Positions 24,910-42,259 of a stretch of 64,000 nucleotides of DNA are shown piece by piece. The notes beneath the pieces were generated by a model. The model was not told where the DNA came from, searched no databases, and worked only from the letters and a program-made list of their open reading frames with translations. The position numbers were made by a program, and so were the translations under genes. Within the stretch, counting starts at the first letter, position 1, and each line of letters starts with the position of its first letter. The stretch comes from Ancylonema sp. (lineage: Eukaryota): the NCBI GenBank assembly GCA_050230475.1, contig JBFLGF010000015.1, positions 1-64,000 on the forward strand. Reading direction: 5' to 3'.

Positions 24910-25496
24910 TAGGGTTCCGTTCTCTTGCGGAGCCGATCCCAAGATCGCGGATCGGCGCCCGAAGCCAAGATCCGAGCTTTGAGCCCAAGATCCGGGCTCG
25001 GATGTGTCGTGGAGCCCGAATTATAACTACGAGCCGAGATCCTACAACTCTTGAAAAAGGGCAGGAAAAAAATTACATGAATAATAATAGTGTGCGGGGA
25101 GCCCAATCTATGGGCTCCGGGCTCGGCCGCATCCGAGCCCCAAATCGGAGATCGGAGACTTGTCTAATCTATAATGCTCCCTCGAAATAAGGACAATTAC
25201 TGATACTGTATTAAAAAGGTCCTTCGAGGTGTATTTACGTAGTGTGTAAGGACATCTACTACTAGGAATTGAGATGTTTGTCCTTGTATCGAGGGATTTC
25301 GCGAATGAAGCAAAATATATTACAAATATTACAAATCCTTTTTGTACAATTTCGCGATTGGAAATAGATTACAACTTTGTCACCAACAACCTTGACATAA
25401 CAAACGGACTCGAATACGTTTCAGAGAATTTGAAGTGTCGTTCAGGAGGATGCGATTTTTTTATCGATTCGCTATTTGGACAGGTTTTGCTCATTT

Positions 25497-25593
<97 letters not shown>

Positions 25594-25892
25594 CCCCCCC
25601 CCCCCCCCCCCCTCCACTCTTTCCCTCCACGACGCACTTCCGATCTGGCCTCCCGGGACTTCTCTTTCCTGGACGACGACCAGCTTTGCCCCCCCCCTCC
25701 CCCCGTTTTTTTTAACGACAGTTCTTGATTTAAGCCCGGAGCCAGGATCTGATTCCAGATCCGGTGGCTGAGCTCCGATTTACAGGGTCCGAGCTGGCCT
25801 CGCGAAATTCAGGGTCTGCCCTTTGGGCTCCGAGCTGAATGAGCCCATATTTTTTGGCCTCTGGGCTCATTGGCTCGATCTCTGCTAGAATG
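24910..25892. repeat. Probable DNA-transposon remnant rich in GAGCCC/GGCTCG/GATCCG motifs at both ends
   Basis: Motif clusters at 24925-25160 and 25730-25880; no convincing TSD; the middle is disrupted by a sequencing artefact. Confidence 0.4.
25499..25646 (+). other. Assembly artefact: poly-G/poly-C run plus Illumina TruSeq read-1 adapter
   Basis: About G91 then C23; 25614-25646 matches ACACTCTTTCCCTACACGACGCTCTTCCGATCT at 30/33 positions. Confidence 0.93.
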
Positions 25893-25998
25893 TTCGGGAC
25901 CAATCAAGATTCGTAATAAACGATGTTGACCGTAGAGGTTGCTGGTGCCGTTGTATACGGTCGCTCATGTTGCCACACGTCTGGAAGAAAAGGACGTT

Positions 25999-26011
25999 TT
26001 CGAGAAGGTTC
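25999..26011 (+). promoter_or_regulatory. Heat-shock element upstream of HSP70
   Basis: Perfect three-unit TTCgaGAAggTTC about 140 bp upstream of the ATG; a further GAAtgTTC at about 25888. Confidence 0.75.
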
Positions 26012-26149
26012 ACGGCGAGACGGACGACTTCGATCAGTCAACGAAGGGATGTGAAATCTCATCCCTTCTCACACCGCTTTACTCGTAGTAACTGTCCTGT
26101 AGTCCATCCGCTGCGCACATCTGTTCTACTGGCTGAGTAAGGTGACGCA

Positions 26150-29852
<3,703 letters not shown>

Positions 29853-30868
29853 ATGTAGTACACAGACGTATGCTGTTTTTTTTAAGTTCAACTAGCTTGG
29901 AAGCATTCCTTGTTTGAGGTGAAAGTTGGTAACTATTAGATAGATATTTTTGTAGCTAATTTTTCATTTTTATGGAAATCTGAGCGTTGTGGAAAGTAAT
30001 AAATAACTGGAGAAATGAAGGTGGAGCTGGTCATGCAATTGAGTTGGTCAATTGAACTATTTGCAGCTTGTATGAGAGTGTTTTTGTATTAAATGTGTCT
30101 GTTTGAATTAAAAGAATTGTTATGGTTGTAAAAATGTACAGCTGTTATGGTGTATGAATATTTTTCATCAGTTTCTAAGTGGGGATCTAGCCATATCGGC
30201 ATATTCAACCTGACCATCAACTAGACAATAATACACTACACCTGCGTAAATTGCAATCTGTCTGGTGAAAACTGGAATGTTTATAAGTGGAAATATAAGT
30301 TCATGAATTGAAAATTGAATTGGACATATCGACGAAATAAGCATCTTAGTTCTTGTCCCACATCTGTCAACCTCGATATAGTATGATAAATTACATTTTC
30401 AAATAACTGCACTGTTCAGACAAAATAACCCGGAAATAATACTATGTATAATATCAATTTGTTCACGCAATTTGCGACCTTCGCTCTGAACTCACGTGAA
30501 ACTGAGTTCTATGGCAGAAACAAAAAATCGAAATGAGACTATGACACTAATTCTGCTTTGCGAAGTTACTAATTACTCGTTAACAATACTTCGGATAGTA
30601 TGTCCGAAACATAGAAAGGAAAGTTTGATGGATATTAGATAAATAGAACTCATCGAATCTGGTACTTTTTGCCAAGTAAAATCTTCTGTGCCAAATCTTG
30701 AACATTTTCTGGCATTCCGACTGTTGGACGATATTTTGGAGAGTGAGGAGATGGTGAACAATTCTCACCTGTAACATGTAGAATTTCTTCAACAACTGAC
30801 GAATTCTGTGGCGAAAACGAGAAAATGAATCTATTAATGTCACACATTACGAAGAAGTGGGTGGACAA

Positions 30869-31304
30869 TCTGAGTGCTTTCTTCTGCCATCGATGCAACA
30901 ATAAAGCACAATTCTCTCAGACAACTTTTGAATCGACAGATCACGTCATTACAAACGTTGCCACAACAAAAGTGCAAGTTTGAAGTAGAGAAGTCTGATT
31001 ACAGAATTTAGCATACAAGCTCAAACCTAGTACAGTCGTTTGCTGCCTGGTCAAAGAATCTGATGCTATCGAAACTACTTCGTCAACTGCCGATCATATC
31101 TAAGCATTCTGCCACATCAACTAGTTCTTATCGACACTTGTGCCAAATGAGCAAGTAATCATTGAAAGAAGGACATCGGCCTGCAGCCTGCCTGCAGCCT
31201 GCCTGCAGCCTGCATTTGCTGAATAACGACAAAACTAAAGCTAAATTCCCGATATTGCTAAAATCGATATAACGACAAAAGTTCACAGCCCCTAAAAACT
31301 AACA
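30869..31304 (-). mobile_element. Solo LTR of the Copia-X family
   Basis: Homologous to the LTRs at 32535-32954 and 57502-57913; flanked by the 5-bp TSD GACAA (30864-30868 / 31305-31309). Confidence 0.85.
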
Positions 31305-31485
31305 GACAATGATGCGGGAGAGCTGCTAAACGACAAAACTGTATCTCGCAAACGACAAGGTGTAATTGTAAACAGTGACGGGATAATGACGGGATACAAA
31401 GTGTTATGCAACAATATTACGTAAGCAGAATTGTTCACCTCTTGGCGGAAGACGAGTGAATCATTTATTTTTATATTTTATTTCT

Positions 31486-32510
31486 CTGGATCCCGCTCCG
31501 CTCGCGGATTTTGCGAGCCCAGCTCCGAACTCGTGTGCATATTTTCCGGCTCGGGGACCCACTATGATACTGAGAAGGATGGGTCGGGTTAAATTAAAAT
31601 AATTCATTTTTTCAAAAAAGTGGGTCATTCTATGATGTGGATCATCAGATAATAAATATTTTTCATAATTAAAAAAAAAATTATACTGCGTGCACGGGTT
31701 GGGCGAAATGGTGGTTTTCTAATTGAATTAATTCGTTTCTTAAAACCCGGATCATTATATATGGCCACTACGGTATATAAGTACACCAGTAAAATAAACA
31801 AAACAAGTGACTACTCGGTATAACTCAGGTTTTCAAAACGAAGCAATATAGCCAAAAAAAAATAAAAATGGTTCAACCCTGGTACCCACTTTGGAAAGAT
31901 ACTGGTAGTTGTTGTAATGGGGAAAATTCAGTAGCCAACCAATTGATATTTGTATAAAGATCCTCGAGCTGGGCCCCTATTGTACGGATATACAGATGAT
32001 ATGTATTTCAAGGGAACGACTAGTTAAGTACAACTAGTGATATTGATTCCATAAGTTAGAACGTGGGACCCACGCCTGAGTTGACTTGGTGCATCAGCCG
32101 TTAGCAGGCTTGAGGCGTTGCCATAGACTGGCGCCATAGTCCCATTGTGAAGATGGTATGCAATATATGTTGCATGTCAAACTCGGATCCATAATGGGTC
32201 CCGCTCCGCTCGCGGAATTTGCGAGCCCGGCTCCGAGCTGGCGCGCGTCCGCGACTCGCTAGTCAATACCGAAACATGGAAATGCGACTAGTACAAATCC
32301 TTCTTTGCGAAGGAGGTAGTTACTAGTTACCGATACTTTGGGAAGTACCTCCGGAACATAGTAACCATATTCTGATGGTTACTGTGTCCGTCGGATCCGG
32401 TTTTTTTTTGTTTGTTTTTTATTATTATTGTGGGTCCCGCTCCGCTCGCGGATTTTGCGAGCCCGGCTCCGAGCCGGCGTGCATATTTTCCGGCTTGGGG
32501 ACCCACTATG
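31486..32510. repeat. Three copies of an ~80-bp dispersed mini-repeat (31486-31566, 32195-~32245 partial, 32430-32510)
   Basis: Shared TGG(G/A)TCCCGCTCCGCTCGCGGA(T/A)TTTGCGAGCCC; the third copy has a 9-bp TIR GTGGGTCCC/GGGACCCAC. Confidence 0.7.
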
Positions 32511-33662
32511 CTCGGATCTGTTCGTTATGGTCTATGTGATAACTTTTTTCTGCCATCGATGCAAGAATAAAGTTCACTTCTCTTAATTTCTTTGAATCAA
32601 ATAGATCACGTCATTACAAACTTCGACACAACAAAAGTGCAAGTTTGAAGTAGAAAGTATTGATTACATGTGCATGCAAGCTCAGGCCTAGTACAGTCGA
32701 GTGATGTCTGGTCAAAGGGTCTACTAATATCGAAACTACTTGGTCAAGTGCCAATCATATCCAAGCATTCTGCCACATCAACTTGTTCTTATCGACACTT
32801 GTGCCAGATGGCCAAGTAATCATTGAAACAAGGACACCGGCCTGCAGCCGGTTTGGAGCCTGCATTTGCTGAATAACGACAAAACTCAAGCTAACTTCCC
32901 GGTATTGCTAAAATCGATATAACGACAAAAGTTCACAGCCTCTAAAAACTAACACCCCCTCCCTGGGTACTTCTGTATTCCCCCTCCAAAAACGATAACA
33001 AACGATATCGATTTTACTCAAACCCAACAAACACAACCAAGCAACCAACTACAATTATTATTCATCCATTAGACCCACCATAGCACAGTTGTTCCTCGAC
33101 ACCCTTACAGACACAGGTTTTGTCAACATATCTGCAGCCTGATCCTCACTCTTCACTAACTGTAGTCTGATCTTTTTTTTGGACACCCTCTCTCGGATGG
33201 AGTGGTACTTGATCTCGATGTGCTTGGTGCGCTTGTGGAAGACAGGATTCTCAACAAGTTTTAGTGAACTCTCATCATCCCCCATAAAAAACACACACTC
33301 CCCACCAATACCCAACTCTTTTTGCATCTGGCTCAAATAAATGGCCTCATTACCGGCAACACTGAGCGCCACGTACTCACTCTCACAGCCAGAGTGTGTG
33401 GCTGTTTCCAGCAGTCCACTCTTCCATCTCACAGCTGCCCCAACACTGAGAAAAACGCATCCACTACTCCCTTTCCTCTAGTGTCCACATCATCACCATG
33501 GCTAGCATCTCAGTAACCCATAACTGGCACATCAGACTCCTTCTTATACATGAACCCCAAATCGACAGTTTCCTTAAGATAACGCAAGACTCTTTTGACC
33601 CCCTCCCAATGCTTGTCCCCTGGGTGCTAACCGTATCGACACAAGGAGTGAAAAACAGTTCT

Positions 33663-36600
33663 TGTAGGAATTATATCGGATAGTCATGCTTGCTAGTGTG
33701 CTAGTCCGGGCTACCGGTTAGTGTAACCGGAACGATTCCTAGGGTGTGCTTGTATTGAGGGGCCGGACTTGTGTCCGGGCACCCGAACATGAAGTTTCGA
33801 TTGTGCCGTTTGTGGCACGTGTGGTCTAGATGGTTTCGGATCTAGACGTTATGTCATGTTAGACTGTCTGGCATGAGTCGTTGCTTAGGTGTCGAGTTGC
33901 GAGAGGCCGAAGGTCAATAGTTCCGACCGTCGGCAATAATTGACGTTGCGATTGTACGAGACATCGAGGTATTATCAACCCGATGTTGTCACTTTTCGAT
34001 AATTAACACGATTATTCTTCCAACACAATACTTTTGATTGATCAGCTCTGAGAGACGTAGTCCCTTGTACGGAAAGAACATCACGCAATATCGCACACCA
34101 ATCACGTAACAATCCTAAAAGGTTATGGGCCCACTAGCGGTCTAGTTAAAGACGCAGTGTTAATAACTACAGGCATTCCACGCGATCTACTGCGGAGAGA
34201 GATTTTGAGATGTGAGATGCGTTACAAAACACGTTGAGAAATCGACTGTCGATAAGCCTTACAACTGTTGCCTAAAATGACGGGAAAATCATACATTCCG
34301 GTCTTCACAGAAGCAAACTATACGGGTTGGGCCTTCAAAGTGAAGTTCGGCCTAGCCGACAAGGAGTTGCATGACGTTGTCATGGATTGGGGCGAATCCC
34401 CGAAGCAAGCGAAACTTGCCGTGTCTCCACCACTCACGCAGGACGAGCTCGATGAGCTGGATGCTACGGACGTCGCTCGTACGGTCACGGCACGCACCCA
34501 ACTCACCGGTCGACAGACTTTGGTTCGAGAAGCCTGGTCGAAGAAGAATATCGTTGCGATGGCCTACATCGTCAAACACCTCCAGACGGGGGAGCTGACG
34601 CATGTGCGGACTTGCGAGACTGCAGCGGAGATGTGGGACGCCCTAAATACTTTCTATGAGATTTAGGGAGCCATCGAGATCACCAACGTTGAAGCAGAGC
34701 TCACGGCGATCATCATGGGAGAGGGGGAGGACCTGAGCGACTACGTGAAGCGACTACAGGAGCCGCATGATCGTGTGGGGCATCTGGGGGAGCCAGTCAA
34801 GCCCGCGAAGCAGACCATCAACTTCCTCAACTCGCTCAACACTCGCTACAGCGCGCGCGTGGAGAGTGTGATGTCGTGGGCAATTTTCGCACCGACACTC
34901 TTCACGATCCCTCAAGCCGTCAAATCATTATCTGCTGGCGATCGACGGGAGGTCTGCAACGACCGCAAGAGAGGGGTGCTGCCGGGAGGGCTTTAGGCTA
35001 GTTTCGTTGGGAAAGGCGGCTACTCGGGCGGTTCTGGAGCTGGTCCAAGTCGACCTGGTGGGAGTGGTGGTCCCGGAAGCCGCGATTTGTCGAGAGTGCA
35101 GTATGGCCACCTGAAGTCGGACTGCCCTACACGTCCGCCAGTGAGGTACCATGGCTGCAACCAGACCGGCCACAAGCTGTCGCAGTGTGGACAGCAACGG
35201 CAAGGGGGAGGTGGAAGCTGGGAGCTGGCGGCTGGTCACGGAAGTGGCAGTCCTAAACTACGATGCAGATACTGTGATAAGCTCGGGCATATATTGGTAG
35301 AATGCATGAAGCGTAAATCTGACATGGCATTGGCTGCACCTGATGCTAATCTTCGTGAACAAGCTCAGGCTAGACTTGTTGCATGTTCAGACACACCTTT
35401 CGATGCATCCAAATCCTTGGCTTGGGCAGCATTCTTGTCTTATGCGAGGATTGCAATGGCAACTGAAACTGATTGCTCGCATCTGTGGCATGATTCAGGC
35501 TCAACCGATCACGTCTTTACCAAAAAATACCACTTCGTCGAGTACGACACCGACGTCCCGATGCAGCACTCTTTCATCCACACGGCTAACGGCACACTTC
35601 ACAAGGTCGAAGGTCATACTTCGTGCACATTCGAGTGAAGAACGACGACTCTTTCTTCGTCGTCCCTCTCATTGCTCTGTACGTCCCTACGTTCGCTGCG
35701 ACCCTGGTGTCCACCGACTGCCTGGTACAAAGAGGTGGGCTGAGCTTTGCCCAGACCCCACAAGGTCCTAAACTGACTAAGGATGGACAAAAATGAGCTG
35801 ATGTTAGTAGGCAGAGGAATGGTCTGTCATTACCGCATGCATCTATCATCATGCGTGGTTCATTTGGTTTGCAAACAAATCTCTCCATAGGCATGCTTTG
35901 GCATGGCAAGCTGGGTCACCCTGGCGTTCCAGCCATGTCACACATGGCCAAACGTGGTGATATACCGAGACTCGGTCAGTGAGAGTTGACAGAAATCAGG
36001 GACTATGAAATCTGCTGTATGGGGACGATGGGACAGAGGGGGCATGCACTGTCTAGCGATGATGTGGCTACTATGCCACGGAGGGGAAGGTTGCATCTAG
36101 ACCTGGTCGATCCTTTTGGAGTCAGGTCAATGCACGGAGGTTTTGAGTACGCACAGAGAGGGATGGAGGTCCATTCTCGACTGTCTACAGTAACTCTTCT
36201 CAAGCACAAGAGCGATGCTCTCAATCAAACGCGCACCACTGTACAAAAACTCGAGGTTAAGTCAGGTTTGCCATTAAAGTCGATCAGGACAGATGGGGGG
36301 GGGGGAATATACCAGCAATGAGTGGAAAGTTTACTGTAAGGAGAAAGGCATCAAGCATGAAGTGATTGCCCCCTACAACCCACAAAAAAACGGCATGTGT
36401 GAAAGACTAAACCGTACATTGATGAAGAAGATGAGGTGCCTACTGATGTGCTCAAAATTGCCTAACTCATACTGGGATGTGGCATTGATGCATGCAAAGT
36501 GAATAAGGAACAGGACCCCCACGAGTTCATTGACCGGGGGGGTCCCTATTGAGAAGTAGACTAGACGGAAAATCAAACTCGACAGGAGTCACACATTCGG

Positions 36601-39600
36601 CTGCCTCGCGCAGTACTTGAAAGTAGGACATAATAAGAACAAATAGGGGGGGAAATATGCTGCCAGGAATGCCTTTGGGGTGTTTATTGGGATGGCAACA
36701 GATCAGGCTGGCTACAATATCCTCGACCCGCTCAGAGCAGGGGTGATGGTGCGGACAGACGTCCCTTTCTTTGAGGAAGTGCCGGGGTACCCGAGATTCA
36801 TGGGGGGGGGTGCTCCCCAGGTCGAGGCCAAAGCAGATGAACACTTCTTCCAGCTGTTCCCCGGCACGGATGATGAGCCTAAGGCTGGAGGGGTGCCACG
36901 AGAAGTTGTAGTGCTAGTAGAGGTGCCAGCTGTAGCGCCAACAGCAGCAGCCCACAACAACCCACGAGCCCAGGCCCCAACACTTCAGTGTCCGCCACCA
37001 CTAGCTGCTGAGGTCCCCATCGATGCGATTGAACTCTCGGACAACCAGTCGGGGATCAACAACGCAGGCGTGGGTGTCGAAGAGGAGGAAGTCCAAGGAG
37101 GAGGTGGAGGGGGTGCCAACCCGGGGGTGAATGCTGGGAGCATAGCTGAGCGTGTGATGGCGAGGAGGAGGGCGAACTTCGCCCACTTTGGGGATGTCCT
37201 TTGATATGATGGGGAGGAGTTCGACGATGAGGTGCTGGAAGCAGCGATTCAGGACGAGGAGTGGGAAGCAACGTGCTTCTTCACAGGCTTTAACGGCCCC
37301 CTCTGACCTTGGATTCTGCATGGTGGCCATGTTTACTGACTCCTCCGACCCTTTGACGCTGAGCGAGGCCATGAAGAGGCCAGACTGGGACTAGTGGTTA
37401 GCTGACATCAAGGAGGAGTTGAAGAGCTTGGGGGAATTCAACACCTTCGAGGTGTGTAAACGTCCGCCAGGTAAAAGGGTTGTCGGGTGTAAATATGTAT
37501 TCAAAATCAAATACACACCCATGGGAGCCCTTGAAATATACAAAGTCAGACTAGTCGCTCAAGGTTTCCTACAACAAGGAGGAGTGGACTATAATGAAAT
37601 ATTCGCACCTGTAGTAGATAGTACCTCTATCTCTCTTCTACTAGCTATTGCGAATCAAGAGGGTTGGGAAATTGAACAAATGGACGTGGTGACAGCATTC
37701 TTGCACGGAAGACTGACTAAGGAGGTTTACATGAAGATTCCACCGTTATGGAGATTGAGGGAGGGGCTAAGGGAAAAGTTTTGCGAATGAGGGGAGCGCT
37801 GTACGGACTGAAGCAGAGTAGCAAGGTCTGGGGTGAGATGTTCACAGCCTTCATGCCTAGTATAGGGTTCAAACGGTGCGTCATGGACACATGCATATAC
37901 ACCAGGGGGACGGGACAGTCACGCATCATAGTGGGTATTCATGTCGATGATCATGTGATAGTTGGTCCAGACCCCATGGTCATTAAAGCATTCAAACACG
38001 AACTGTCTGGGAAGTTTAAGATGAAGGATCTTGGGGCCCTAACCCATATCCTGGGGGTGGAAGTGAATGGGAAAGACCGAGGGGGGTGCTTACGTTGCAT
38101 CCGGGAGGGTTCATGAGACATAATCTGGAACGTTATGGATGGAAAATTGCAACCCTACAAAACTACCCTTACCACTTGGGCTGACATTTCACCAAGAAGA
38201 TGAACCTCTAATGCCCCCTACACGTGAACAAATCACTAAATTCAGAGGGAAAATTGGGTCACTCATTTATGCAATGAAACACACCAGACCGGATATTGCG
38301 CATGCACTCGGGGTACTCGCCAAACACATGGGGAATCCTGGGACTGCTCACATCATGGCCTTACACCGACTGTTCAGATATTTGAAGGGGACACTAAATC
38401 ACGGACTGTGCTACGCGAGGCAGAAGAGGCTAGAGATCAGGGGGTACTGTGATGTGAGTTGGAACAGTTGCAGTATAACCGGGAAGTCGGTCACAGGATG
38501 GGTCACTACTGTTGGAGGGACTGTACTTAGTTGGAAGTCACAAAAGCAGTCTACAGTCGCACAGAGTACAGCAGCAAAAGCTGAGTATATTTTTGCCTGT
38601 AGCGTATCTAAGGAGTGTTGTCATCTGAAGTCGCTCGTGCATGAGCTCAAACTTCATAATGAGATTACAGTTTACGGTGACTCGACTGCCGCCCTCTCCA
38701 TGATCCAGAAGCCAATCCAGCGCTTGAAGGCAAAGCATTTCAACGTGGTGTACCATTGGGTGAGAGAGTGTCACCGAACAGGAAGGCTGAAGTATGTGTA
38801 TCTGGCAGGGGCCAATCAAACCAGCCGATATGTTTACTAAGGCTCTTCCACAAGTCTTGCTTGACAGACACGGAAAGTCTATGGGTTTTGGGAGGGTTCA
38901 CTGAAGTGGGGGTGCACACTAGGTTCTAGGGGTTTCGGCTGCCATGCCATGTTTGGCAGGGGGTGTTTGGCAGGGGGTTTTGTTTTTTTTCTTGCAAAAT
39001 TCGCCTATGGAGGGCTCTCAACGCTCGTCTATCCAGCTAAGTCATCCCCACCCATTTTCTGAAAACACTTATGAAAACATTTTCTGAATAAATGAAAAGT
39101 TGCAGATCTGTTCAGATCTTAGGTTGTCAGTTGTTTCTGAATTCTGGCGTATTTGTTTCCATTTATGTTATGTATGTTGTGTGAAAATTGCAGTTTTTTT
39201 GGTGACGTTTTGAAAAAGTTATGATGTTTTGAGTGTTTCAAGTTATTCGGAGAAAACTGCAGAAAGTTGACTTTTTTGTCATTTTTGTATTGCCCTAACT
39301 TTTGGTGTTAGTTTGTTTGTTCAGGGCTTCGGCCCGAAAAACGGCTTCCGATCGGCTGTTACTTTTTGATAGCCCCCCCTAGCACGCTTGTATGCTAGGG
39401 AAGACCACACTACCTCATGTGTTAGGGGCGGATGCAAAGGCGTCCCTAGCAAGCTAGTTGCAAAATGCACACAAGCAATATGATGGCGAAAGGCCGGATA
39501 GGACAAGATGGCGTGAGCCGGATGGAATGGTTGTATTGTAATAATGACAACTCAAGAAGGAGTGCAAGTACATGAGTTGATAGGAATGTTGTGGAGGCAT

Positions 39601-40468
39601 TCCTATTGGCTAGATATAGGAAAGTCGGCCCTAGCCGACTTTAGGAACAATGAGGGATAACTAAGTCAAGGGTGGCTAAGTACACAACAAAATCTCGCTA
39701 AAGGCACAACTGCCATGACTAAGGACACAACAGAATACTCCCTAGGGGCCAGGCGGCCGCTAGGGACACAAGTCTCACTATCAAGGGGGAAAACTCGCTA
39801 TAGGGAAATATGTTTAAGTAGCGCTCTAGCGCTAAGTGTGGGGACCTCGCTAGGGAGCCCTGGTGACTGTAGCGAGAGTCCTAACATTCATGGGCTTTGC
39901 AATGGTTCTGCCATGACTTAGCCATAGATAGGGTAGTCCCTTGGTGCTGACTCAATGCCAACCTTGGCATGGCATCCGAGGGGGTGTGTAGGAATTACAT
40001 CGGATAGCCATGCTTGCTAGTGTGCTAGTCCGGGCTACCGGTTAGTGTAGCCGGTAGGATTCCTAGGGTGTGCTTGTATTGAGGGGCCGGACTTGTGAGG
40101 GGCCGGACTTGTGTCCGGGCACCCGAACATGACGTTTCGATTGTGCCGTTTGTGGCACGTGTGGTCTATATGGTTTCGGATCTAGACGTTATGTCAAGTC
40201 AGACTGACCGGCATGGGTCGTTGACACGTCTGCTTAGGTGTCGAGTTGTGAGAGGCCGACGGTCAATAGTCCCGACCGTCGGCAATAATTGACGTTGCGA
40301 TTGTACGAGGCATCGAGGTGTTATCGACCCGATGCCGTCACTTTTCGATCATTAACACGATTATTCTTCCAACACAATACTTGTGATTGATCAGCTTTGA
40401 TAGACGTAGTCCCTTGTACGGAAAGAACATCACGCAATCTCGCACACCAATCACGTATCAATCCTAAA
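33663..40468 (+). mobile_element. Copia-2, full-length decayed relative of Copia-1, nested in the RT of Copia-X
   Basis: LTRs 33663-34119 and 39987-40468, PBS GGTTATGGGCCCA at 34121-34133, gag-PR-IN-RT-RH fragments 34277-38900 colinear with Copia-1; TSD degenerate. Confidence 0.95.
39420..39886. mobile_element. 467-bp solo-LTR-like insertion in the 3' UTR of Copia-2
   Basis: Absent at the homologous site of Copia-1; ends TGTTAGG...CCTAACA; flanks CTCATG / TTCATG. Confidence 0.75.
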
Positions 40469-42259
40469 AGCTGCCAGGTCAGGTCTTGTGCCAGAAGCCA
40501 GATATAACAAGGTGCCCATTGCTGACTTGTATCTTATACCCTCAATTCCAGCAAATTTAAAAGCAGATTCGCAGCTCGCAAAAAAGTTCACACCCAGCTT
40601 AAGAGGAGTAGCAACAGAACTGCAGTCTTCCATCCCGAAATTTGTGAGCATGTGTTTGGCATATTTTTCTTGAACCAGAATCACATTGCCATCAGGATGC
40701 CATCGTATTTCAAGCCTTAGCAGGAACTTTGCCTCTCCGAGATCCTTCACATTATACCGCTTTCCCAGCCCTCCCTTCACCCCCAAAATTAGTTTCCAGC
40801 CTAATGCACAAGAGAAAAACGTCATCCACATAAAGTGCCAAGTATAGCGCCTCAGGCCTCTCTCCCATAATATTTAGGCCAAAATATGAAGCAAGACGAT
40901 GAAATTTCATGCCTTTCACCACGTCGTCGATATGTCGATTCCACCCCCTTGGTGCTTGTTTGAGACCATATAAACACCTGAGCAGCAGCAACTCCAAATT
41001 TTTTTCACGAGGCCCACTCGTGCCATTAGGGGCCTCCGTGTACACTTCTTCTTCCAGGGGTGCATAGAGAAAAGTTGTGGTTTCATCCATCTGGTGCATG
41101 TGTAGCCCCTTGGAAGCTGCGACGAATGCTCTCAAATTGAACACTCGGAGAGATGAAGTGCCAGATAGGATCGATAGGGTAAAGGGTCGTTGATGACGCA
41201 ATCAATTGATGTATGACGTCATAACGTAGTCCATCGACATAAATTGGTGAATGTCGATATCGATGACTTTGTAAGTGTTTATTGGGCATCTGCCTAACTA
41301 AGGAGTTTGGCACGCTTGAATCGCGGCAGTGATCGTTAACGATCACCGAAACGTCGGCAGAAACGGTAACTTGACTCGTTACTCTCTCGCTGCGGGCAAG
41401 CAGACAATGGTATCGACACTCTGAAGATTCTAAAGGAGTGTGAAGCAACACAATAACTAAGTAAGAACACTATAGCTATCGGTCAACGATCAGCTCTTTA
41501 TGTGTAAGTCTTAATTACTTGTAATCTGCAGCAAAGGACTTTGAGTTTGCAAACTGATCGTAGCTCTGACTTGCGTCGTGTAAATCAGCACACAGAGTAA
41601 TTCGCGAAAGCGAAGTAAATAGACTAAAGCACGATGAGCGACAGCTCGGATGTGCAAGCAGCAATGACAATAAATCACACTATGCAAGCAAGCAGATTGC
41701 AAGGCAAAGCACAGAAGACAAAGATACAGATTACATGAGAGGCAAGATAGGATGCAAGTCTCTTCGGCGTTAGATTTAGCGAAAGCTGAATTCTGAGTTT
41801 GGAATACAAAGGTTTTATTCAAACTCTACAGACGACGCTAGACGCGTGTCGATCTACAATTCAATTTCACAAAATATGTCTCGCGCGCAAATGTCTTATC
41901 TACAATATCTATCGTCGGATATTCATCGACGGCTATTGATTGCTAACTAGTACAAAGGTGCCACGTCGGATCGACGGATAACAAATGCTAAGCAAATATA
42001 ATTCAAATATTTAGCGGGGGCGCAGGCTGACAACTAGAGCTCGGGAGCGGGACCGGCGAGCGGGGCGGAAGTTGTAGTGCGGCGGAACTCTAGATTTGGC
42101 GCGGCGCAAACGTGATTTAATATCGGGAGAGATTTAGTAGATATTAGGGGTAAAATAGCTAACCGTAGTACATCGACATGAATTGGTGAATGTCGATATC
42201 GATGAATTTTTAAGTGTTAACTAGGCATCTGCCCTAACTCCCCCCCCGAGACTGGTAAG

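Noticed and set aside
25274..25771. Poly-Gly / poly-Pro proteins or a biological G-quadruplex
   Set aside because: They derive from a poly-G/poly-C plus Illumina adapter artefact.
30573..30868. Internal region belonging to the LTR at 30869-31304
   Set aside because: That LTR has its own TSD and no PBS, so it is a solo LTR; the flank is at most an unrelated, heavily decayed gag-like remnant.
33655..40475. Clean TSD for Copia-2
   Set aside because: The flanks (GTTCT vs AGCTG/GCTGC) do not match well, so this element was not used as primary evidence for LTR ends.
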